64,000 nt of DNA from a virus. The notes beneath the pieces are model-generated. The model was not told where the DNA came from and did not search any database. It saw only the letters and a list, made by a program, of their open reading frames with translations. A program made the translations under genes and the position numbers. Below are positions 57,212 to 64,000 of the stretch, one piece after another (the first letter of the stretch is position 1; the number at the start of each line of letters is the position of its first letter). The stretch lies in IMG/VR virus record IMGVR_UViG_3300027798_000017, positions 32,001 through 96,000 of that record, one strand, 5' to 3'.

Positions 57212-58255
57212 ATGGGAAAATTTGTAGCACAAGTACCTCTTTCTGAACGTATTCAGAAGGAGCAAGAATTTTTTGACAAAGACTTTTTGATGTCTTATTC
57301 TGGTTTAAATAAATTATTATTTAGTCCAGCAGCATTTTATAAACATTATGTTTTAGGACAAAAAGAAGACGTTATAGACAAAAACATGATTGAAGGTTCA
57401 CTTATTCATTGTTTATTATTAAAACCTGAAGACTTTGACAATCAATTTGTTATATGTGTTGAGGACCTACCAAGTGACAATCCACGCAGTGTGTTACACA
57501 CAGTCTTTAATCATTATAAAGAATTAACAAAAGATGGTGATACGCGTGAAAACCTTGAAGAATTTTCAGGTGCAATACTTGATGTTTTAAAAGATATAAA
57601 TCTGTATCAATCTCTTAAAACAGATGCACAGAGAGTAGAGAAAATGATTAACACAAAGCATAATGCTTATTGGGACTATTTGAAAAAAGCAGAAGGACGT
57701 GTTGTCATTGATCAAGAAGTTTATAACTTCTGTAAATCTGTAGTAGAGAAAATTACATCAACTGTTTCAGTTATGGATGTGATGGGCTTTTTTGCAGATT
57801 CTTTCTCACCTGTTGAAAAACACAATGAGATTCAGTTGGTGAAATTTGCAGACAATCCATATTTTGGCCTGCGTGGCATTATTGACAATCTTGTAGTAGA
57901 TCATGCTGCTAAAGAAATTCGTGTAAATGACCTGAAGAAAACAGGTAAATCTATTTCACAATTTACTGATAGTATAGAGTATTTTAAATACTGGATACAA
58001 GCATCTATTTACAAGAAATTAGTAGAGCATGTGTATACATCTCAGCCAAAGTATTTAGGGTATAAGATTACTTTTAGATTCTTGGTAGTAGATCCATTTA
58101 TGCAAATTGCTCCTATCAGAATTTCTGATGAAACTCTTGCCAAATGGGAAGAGGAAACTGACAAAATGCTTGATGAGGCAAAGTATCACTTTGAAACAAA
58201 GAACTTTGAGTTACCTTACAAGTTTATTGTTAACAATAATGAATTAGTATTATGA
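57212..58255 (+). CDS. PD-(D/E)XK exonuclease (RecE/ExoVIII-like)
   Basis: SYSGL, GSLIHCLLL, RGIIDNL, NDLKKT, YWIQASIY. Confidence 0.75.
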   Translation: MGKFVAQVPLSERIQKEQEFFDKDFLMSYSGLNKLLFSPAAFYKHYVLGQKEDVIDKNMIEGSLIHCLLLKPEDFDNQFVICVEDLPSDNPRSVLHTVFNHYKELTKDGDTRENLEEFSGAILDVLKDINLYQSLKTDAQRVEKMINTKHNAYWDYLKKAEGRVVIDQEVYNFCKSVVEKITSTVSVMDVMGFFADSFSPVEKHNEIQLVKFADNPYFGLRGIIDNLVVDHAAKEIRVNDLKKTGKSISQFTDSIEYFKYWIQASIYKKLVEHVYTSQPKYLGYKITFRFLVVDPFMQIAPIRISDETLAKWEEETDKMLDEAKYHFETKNFELPYKFIVNNNELVL

Positions 58256-58779
58256 TAAAACAAATGTATAAGCAGTATTTTCAAAAGTCTTATACTTTTT
58301 TGTATCCTCTGCTTGGTTTCAAGCGTACAAGAGATCCAAGGCCAGTGCAGGTTTATGTGCATTGGCCAGAGGAGTTTCCAGATGATGAGCGCAAACTTGT
58401 TTGCATTTATCAAAAGGAAGATACTGATCAGTGGTTAACGTTTGAAAAAAACAAATTAATGACACACACCCTGTTAGATTATGTAGTACCACTTTGCGAT
58501 GGTAGAGTTGCTTACATATTTGACATGAACCCAAGCGCGTATGACTATGATTTATTTATCCAAGGTAAATATTCTAAGTTTTCGCAAAACGCCAAAAGGC
58601 ATTTATCTGACTATTATGGTATACATACTCCTGAATGGGCTTATGTAGAATCATTTATATTTCCTAAAAAGTATTTCAAAGACTATGCAGAAATGCTGCT
58701 AATTGATGTAGCAACGCTACAAGAAGTTGGTGAACTTTGTGACAAATACAATAAAGAAAAAGAAACGTACAAATTGTAA
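58252..58779 (+). CDS. Hypothetical protein
   Basis: FLYPLLG...GKYSKFS...VGEL; ATGA coupling. Confidence 0.6.
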   Translation: MIKQMYKQYFQKSYTFLYPLLGFKRTRDPRPVQVYVHWPEEFPDDERKLVCIYQKEDTDQWLTFEKNKLMTHTLLDYVVPLCDGRVAYIFDMNPSAYDYDLFIQGKYSKFSQNAKRHLSDYYGIHTPEWAYVESFIFPKKYFKDYAEMLLIDVATLQEVGELCDKYNKEKETYKL

Positions 58780-58797
58780 TTTTAAAAATCAAGTAAT

Positions 58798-59247
58798 ATG
58801 AACTCTAGTGTTAAAAATATGGTAGTGTATTCTACTAAATGGAATGATAAACCAACATTTCGTATGATGCCTGTTGACAAAGATTGTCCTTATAATGAGG
58901 CAATATTTGATCCTGAGCAAAAGGTTCTTGCTATTATCTCAAAAGATATTAAAGAGAAACCAATGATGATGCCTCGCCTTACAGAAAAAGGTGACATTGT
59001 TCCTACAAAACGTGCTGATGGAAATCAAGGATGGCAAGAACAACGCGTGATTATTCCTGCGTACTATGAATATTATTTAGAAGACATCAATGACATTGTT
59101 GCATTTGTAAAAAGATTTGCAATTAATGATGATTCAAAAGTGTTTAGTGATGTTCTTCACTCAGCATTTGAATTAGGTGACATGTTTACTGAAGAAGGTA
59201 AAAAAGAAATTGTTGAGAAAATCAAAAAATCCAAAGAACAAAAATAA
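58798..59247 (+). CDS. Hypothetical protein
   Basis: CPYNEAIFDP...FAIN; coupled to PolB. Confidence 0.6.
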   Translation: MNSSVKNMVVYSTKWNDKPTFRMMPVDKDCPYNEAIFDPEQKVLAIISKDIKEKPMMMPRLTEKGDIVPTKRADGNQGWQEQRVIIPAYYEYYLEDINDIVAFVKRFAINDDSKVFSDVLHSAFELGDMFTEEGKKEIVEKIKKSKEQK

Positions 59248-61232
59248 TGAGAGAAAGAGAATTCTGGGTAATGGATTATGAAACCATTGTGAATTGTTTT
59301 GTTGCAGTGTTTGAACCATATAATAAAGATGAACGAAAAGTTTTTATTATTGACAAACACCAAAATGATGCTGCAAAGTTTATTAAGTTTCTCATTGAAT
59401 CACGAAAATCTAAGGATTGGCATTTTGGATATAATAATCTTGCGTTTGATGCTCAGATTACTGAGTTTATACTAGAAAACAAAGATGAGTTTTTACATCC
59501 AAGTGCAGATGGTGAATCTCTTGCAGATAGAATATATGAATATGCTCAGTATGTAATTGGTAAATCTGATAGAAATGAGTTTGTTGATTATCCAGAATTC
59601 AAACTTTCAATTAAATGTGTTGATATATATAAACTTAATCATTGGGATAGTAACGCCAAGCGTACATCTTTAAAATGGACACAGTTTAGTATGGACTGGC
59701 ACAATGTTGAAGAAATGCCACACCCTCATTATGAGAGAGTTATGAATAGAGAAACATTAGATATGGTAGTTGACTACTGTATTAATGATGTTAAATCTAC
59801 CAAGGCAATATTCAATATGAAAGATTCTAAGGGTACAAGAGTTATGGTATCACAGATTAATCTGCGTGCTAAACTTAGTGAAACTTATAATGTCAATTTA
59901 TATTCTGCTAGTGAGCCAAGGATTTCCAAGGAAATATTTCTTCATTTTCTTTCTGAGAAGCTAGGTCTTGATAAAAAACAAATTAGAGACATGAGGACAT
60001 ATCGTAAAAACGTTGTTATACGCGATATCATTTTGCCATGTGTAAAGTTTGAAACTCATGACTTTATTGGTGTACATAACTGGTTTAAAAATCTAGTTGT
60101 AGATACAACAATTCTTGATGGTGGTGATGAAGAACTCAAGAAAAAAGGACCAAGTTATAACATGCTGCACAAGGGTGTCAATACTGTATATGCACTAGGT
60201 GGCATTCATGGTTGTATTAAACCTGGCATTTATAAACCAGAACTTGGCAGAAAGATTGTCAGTGTAGATGTTACAAGTTTTTATCCTAATCTTGCTATCA
60301 AGAATGGATGGTCTCCTGCACAAATACCAAAAGATGATTTCTGTGAGTTGTATGAATGGTTTTTTGAAGAAAGAAAGAAGTATCCAAAGTCAGATCCTTT
60401 AAATTATCTTTTCAAGATTATATTAAATTCTACTTATGGTTTAAGTAAGAGCAAGTATTCATTTTTATATGATCCAGAGTTAACTTTTAGGATTACTGTA
60501 AATGGTCAGCTGCTTTTATCTATGCTGTATGAAATGGTTACTACAAGAATTCCTAACTCACAACCTCTGATGCAAAATACAGATGGTTTAGAGTTTGTGA
60601 TAGATGAAAAAGATGAAGCCTATTTCTTTGAGATTTGCAAAGAGTGGGAAGATATGACTCAACTACAACTTGAATCTGTTGATTATCAAAAAATGATTAT
60701 TGGTGACGTCAACAATTACATTGCAATTTATGATGATGGTAAGACAAAATGTAAAGGTAGATTTGAATTTCAAGAACTTCCTTTACACAAGAACAAGTCT
60801 AACTTAATAATACCAAAAGCTTGGTATGAGTATTTTGTGAATGGTGTTGATCCCAAAGATTATGTTCAAAGCAACAAGAACATATTTGACTATTGTACTG
60901 GTTCCAAAATAAAAGGCAACTGGTTTTTTATTGAAAAAGGCATTGAAGCTGGCGAATATTATGAACGCAAACTTCAAAAGCTTGTCAGATACTTTGTATC
61001 TACTAAAGGTACAAAGATTGTCAAGTGTCATCCAGATGGAAGACAAATACAATTAGAAAGTGGCCCAATACATCAAACTATTTTCAACAAAGCAGAAATG
61101 CGTGCTTGGGAAGATTACAACATAGATGATAAATATTATCTAAACAAAATTTATGATGAAATCAAAAAGATTGAGAGTGAGTCAGAAGTTATTCCTACAA
61201 ATTTATATCAACAGTTAAAATTAGAATTATGA
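59247..61232 (+). CDS. polB: Family B DNA polymerase
   Basis: Exo DYET, GYNN..FD, YC.NDV; pol VDVTSFYPN, KIILNSTYG, NTDG. Confidence 0.9.
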   Translation: MREREFWVMDYETIVNCFVAVFEPYNKDERKVFIIDKHQNDAAKFIKFLIESRKSKDWHFGYNNLAFDAQITEFILENKDEFLHPSADGESLADRIYEYAQYVIGKSDRNEFVDYPEFKLSIKCVDIYKLNHWDSNAKRTSLKWTQFSMDWHNVEEMPHPHYERVMNRETLDMVVDYCINDVKSTKAIFNMKDSKGTRVMVSQINLRAKLSETYNVNLYSASEPRISKEIFLHFLSEKLGLDKKQIRDMRTYRKNVVIRDIILPCVKFETHDFIGVHNWFKNLVVDTTILDGGDEELKKKGPSYNMLHKGVNTVYALGGIHGCIKPGIYKPELGRKIVSVDVTSFYPNLAIKNGWSPAQIPKDDFCELYEWFFEERKKYPKSDPLNYLFKIILNSTYGLSKSKYSFLYDPELTFRITVNGQLLLSMLYEMVTTRIPNSQPLMQNTDGLEFVIDEKDEAYFFEICKEWEDMTQLQLESVDYQKMIIGDVNNYIAIYDDGKTKCKGRFEFQELPLHKNKSNLIIPKAWYEYFVNGVDPKDYVQSNKNIFDYCTGSKIKGNWFFIEKGIEAGEYYERKLQKLVRYFVSTKGTKIVKCHPDGRQIQLESGPIHQTIFNKAEMRAWEDYNIDDKYYLNKIYDEIKKIESESEVIPTNLYQQLKLEL

Positions 61233-62050
61233 AAAGAACAGTAAGTGGCATGGATGCCTATGCAAAAATCTTATCTACTGCATTGCCAGAGAAAACAGAT
61301 ACTTACACTCCTATATCACATGCAAGTGTGATTAATCGTGTGAGAAGTGAAATAACCAGTGCTGGTTTTATTATCACTGGAGAAGACTACAGGTGTACTA
61401 ATGATGGGCAAATTGCTCTAGGTACGTTGAGATTAAATTACAAAGCAGATTCAGACATAGAGCTGTCTGCTAATTTTACCAATTCCTACAACAAACAATT
61501 AGCATTTAGATTCAATTTAGGTGGTCTTGTAAAAGTTTGTATGAATGGTATGATGCTGAACAACAGCAAATTTGGCAAATACAAACGCGTGCACAAAGGT
61601 GCAGCAGATCTTTTAGCAGAAGGTATTATTAGTGAATACATTAATAATGCTGGTGAATACTGGGACTCTTTGGTTCAACACAAAGACTCTATGAAAGAAA
61701 TATTATTAAGCACCACTGCACAACATGATATTCTAGGTGAATTGTTCATGAGAAAAGATGTGATTAATACTATGCAACTCAATAACATAAAGAAAGAGTT
61801 TAGTAAACCTTCTTTTGACTACAAGGTTGATACTGATTCTGCATGGGCTTTCTATAATCATATTACATTGTCTTTGAAAGACTCACATCCATCAGATTGG
61901 TTGGATCACCAAGTTAAAGTACATGAAGTATTTTCAACAATGTTTAATCTTGATGATTGTCCAATAGATGAATTATCAGATTCTGATTTTGAAGAAGTAT
62001 TTCCTGATGAACATGAATTACAACACTTGACTATGACATCCGCTTCTTAA
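61229..62050 (+). CDS. DUF932-like protein
   Basis: YTPISH, NSYNK, VC.NGM, H, SAWAFYN..T. Confidence 0.65.
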   Translation: MKRTVSGMDAYAKILSTALPEKTDTYTPISHASVINRVRSEITSAGFIITGEDYRCTNDGQIALGTLRLNYKADSDIELSANFTNSYNKQLAFRFNLGGLVKVCMNGMMLNNSKFGKYKRVHKGAADLLAEGIISEYINNAGEYWDSLVQHKDSMKEILLSTTAQHDILGELFMRKDVINTMQLNNIKKEFSKPSFDYKVDTDSAWAFYNHITLSLKDSHPSDWLDHQVKVHEVFSTMFNLDDCPIDELSDSDFEEVFPDEHELQHLTMTSAS

Positions 62051-62075
62051 TAACATTAAGCAAGTTCTGTAGAAA

Positions 62076-62106
62076 GCAAAAATCCCCTATTACTAGGGGA
62101 CTTTTT
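62076..62106. terminator. Bidirectional terminator at the convergence point
   Basis: aaaaa-tcccct-attact-agggga-cttttt. Confidence 0.65.
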
Positions 62107-62150
62107 ACAGAAGAAGAAAAACCACTAAACATTAAGCATAGTAGCATCTT

Positions 62151-62297
62151 TTATCGCCCTTGCCCTTTATAGCTCTTGCGATAGTGTTTTGAGTTCTTAG
62201 AATATGATGTCTTTGTTTTAGAATGGACACCTGGTCTAGAAACTTTTGATTTCTTCAATGAAGATGTGTTAGCTACTGAATTAACCTTCGCTGCCAT
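62151..62297 (-). CDS. 48-aa basic peptide ending YKGQGR (not in the ORF track)
   Basis: MAAKVNSVANTSSLKKSKVSRPGVHSKTKTSYSKNSKHYRKSYKGQGR. Confidence 0.65.
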   Translation of the reverse strand: MAAKVNSVANTSSLKKSKVSRPGVHSKTKTSYSKNSKHYRKSYKGQGR

Positions 62298-62466
62298 CTT
62301 TTGTAGGAGTTTTGTCTACTACTGACCAGATAAGACCAGCAAGTGTTACAACAGAACCAATAATTTCAGTTAATGTAGACTCATCTACATAACCACGTAC
62401 AACAAGAAAACCTCCTGCGAAAGTTAAAATGTGTCTTGCAATACCTAGGATTTGTAATTTATTCAT
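62281..62466 (-). CDS. Putative holin
   Basis: Two TM helices, ARHILTFAGGFLV; adjacent to the endolysin. Confidence 0.65.
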   Translation of the reverse strand: MNKLQILGIARHILTFAGGFLVVRGYVDESTLTEIIGSVVTLAGLIWSVVDKTPTKDGSEG

Positions 62467-62469
62467 GAT

Positions 62470-63156
62470 TTATGATTTAAGGGATTTCAACATTGCTATC
62501 ATCTTTGGTTGAGGAGAGATGTCAGACTTATCTTTTCTATAAGAATTGTGTGTATACACGCCTGGAACTCCTTTGAGTGCGTTTACAGAAACATTCCACA
62601 TATCTGCTAGGTTGTAGTTAAGTGGAATACTGTAAATTTTACTCCAATAAACAAGTAATTGTCTCACAGATTCAATCTGTGCATCTGTGTATGCGTGATA
62701 GTAAGTATATCCTTTATAAGGCTTCTCTAATGTGCATACTTGATCAACTGGAACTACTCTATCAACATAGTTGTAGAACTTACCATCATTCTTTAAAGTT
62801 AATGGTCCCCAGTTACAGATTTCAATGCCAATAGCAAGTTTATCTAATCTTTGGTAAGGTACTCCTACTGATCTAAAAACATCTGGTTTAATTCCAAGAT
62901 GGTATGCCCAGTATTTAGATGAGAATGCTTGACAAATTTCACCATCAGTTGTATCTGATGATAAACCTTTACCAGAAATTACAATACATGTTGCAATTCT
63001 ACCTCTGTCATCTGCATTCCACATTTTTATTGTACCAACACCTGAAGAGTTTCCTGCAGTGTGATGCAACACAATTTGTGTTTTTTTAGTTTCTTCTTTG
63101 ACATACTGACTTTCTGACAAAGGAACCTGTTTGATTTTGGATAAATTTAATTCCAT
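62470..63156 (-). CDS. Endolysin, N-acetylmuramoyl-L-alanine amidase (Amidase_2)
   Basis: IVLHHTAG, WAYHLG, IGIEI, YTDAQ, THNSYRKDKSD. Confidence 0.85.
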   Translation of the reverse strand: MELNLSKIKQVPLSESQYVKEETKKTQIVLHHTAGNSSGVGTIKMWNADDRGRIATCIVISGKGLSSDTTDGEICQAFSSKYWAYHLGIKPDVFRSVGVPYQRLDKLAIGIEICNWGPLTLKNDGKFYNYVDRVVPVDQVCTLEKPYKGYTYYHAYTDAQIESVRQLLVYWSKIYSIPLNYNLADMWNVSVNALKGVPGVYTHNSYRKDKSDISPQPKMIAMLKSLKS

Positions 63157-63158
63157 AG

Positions 63159-63458
63159 TTATCTACTTAAAATTAATTGTTTAACAGCGTCTGATAATTC
63201 ACTAACATTTTTTGCCAGATTTTTTATTTCAAGTTGCGTAAGTTCTTGTATAGCTTGATACTTTAATTGATTCTCTTGTTGAACCAGTTCAATTTTACCT
63301 TTGAGCTTACCAAGTTCTTCATTCATTTTTGTATAATTTGTCATTAAAAATTCAACATCTTTTCTAGTATCCATATATGCTGTTCTTAAAAAGAAACCAA
63401 ATATTGTAAATACTGATCCTGCAATAAATAAAACAATTGTTAAAGTTGATGTGTCCAT
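63159..63458 (-). CDS. TM plus coiled-coil lysis-cassette protein
   Basis: Start MDTSTLTIV; one TM helix followed by heptads. Confidence 0.55.
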   Translation of the reverse strand: MDTSTLTIVLFIAGSVFTIFGFFLRTAYMDTRKDVEFLMTNYTKMNEELGKLKGKIELVQQENQLKYQAIQELTQLEIKNLAKNVSELSDAVKQLILSR

Positions 63459-63946
63459 TTTCCTAAGGTTATTTTGTAAATTATGTAAAAAAGAATTAAT
63501 AAAAACGTGATACCACCAAGAACAGCAAGAAAATTGATATACCATGGTACATACTTTATTTCTTTAGCTGGTAAGGTTTTGATTACATCGCGTGTTTTTG
63601 TAATAGTTACTCCTGGAACATTCACATATTGAGTTTTGACTATTACAGTGCTTGTAAGTTTATTGTTTTTAAGAGTTTGCTTAAGGCGTACAAGTTCACC
63701 ATCTTTTTCAGAAAGTCTTTTAATGTAAACATTACCTAATGAATCACAATAAAGACTATCTACAACAATAGTTGTATCACCAGGAACAGTGACAATTTTA
63801 TCTTTGTATTCAGTAACAGTAATTGTACTGTCTTTTGAAGGACAAAGCTTGCAATATCTATCTAAACGTTTTTGCATACGCTTACTTGCATCACATGATG
63901 TCAAGATTATTGCCAATAATGTAAGCAGTACAAAAAGTTTTTTCAT
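63440..63946 (-). CDS. Putative unimolecular spanin
   Basis: Lipobox ILTS-C after MKK signal, beta-rich middle, C-terminal TM (PWYINFLAVLGG...). Confidence 0.65.
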   Translation of the reverse strand: MKKLFVLLTLLAIILTSCDASKRMQKRLDRYCKLCPSKDSTITVTEYKDKIVTVPGDTTIVVDSLYCDSLGNVYIKRLSEKDGELVRLKQTLKNNKLTSTVIVKTQYVNVPGVTITKTRDVIKTLPAKEIKYVPWYINFLAVLGGITFLLILFYIIYKITLGKWTHQL

Positions 63947-64000
63947 AGTCTTTTTTTGTACTCTCACCTCCCTCAAGTATAAGATAGTACAAATATCTGA

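Noticed and set aside
271-62834. Numerous 60-190 aa ORFs antisense to, or nested in, long genes (e.g. 17508..17927, 38544..39011, 51612..52187)
   Set aside because: Shadow frames of real genes with low-complexity Ser/Phe/Leu-rich translations
1-64000. Stop-codon reassignment (common in crAss-like phages)
   Set aside because: Core genes are full-length in the standard code; TAG and TGA end genes at sensible positions (portal TAG; many ATGA overlaps)

Overview
A 64-kb segment of an AT-rich, crAss-like (Crassvirales-type) tailed phage. The host is most likely Bacteroidota, inferred from TAnnTTTG promoter elements and crAss-type gene order. Translation uses the standard code. 1-28 kb (minus strand) is the virion and packaging block: TerL, portal, scaffold, major capsid, four tandem S74-chaperone fibre paralogs, ring and auxiliary proteins, Dps-like, IHF-like, GroES-like, an Acb2/Tad1-like protein and Cys-rich fibre genes. 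At ~28 kb the strand switches to a putative early region with a repeated promoter-like motif, a duplicated covarying hairpin leader, two SSB-like paralogs and a dense ncRNA cluster (a twister-like ribozyme and a tRNA-shaped RNA). 32-48 kb holds many small ORFs, a MoxR/VWA pair and a DUF6915/DUF6878/DUF6745-like four-gene module. 48-62 kb is replication (dUTPase, SF2 helicase, UDG, DnaB, Sak4-like ATPase, SSB-like, primase, GIY-YIG, exonuclease, PolB). 62-64 kb is a convergent lysis cassette. Family calls come from motif recognition by eye; no database search was run.
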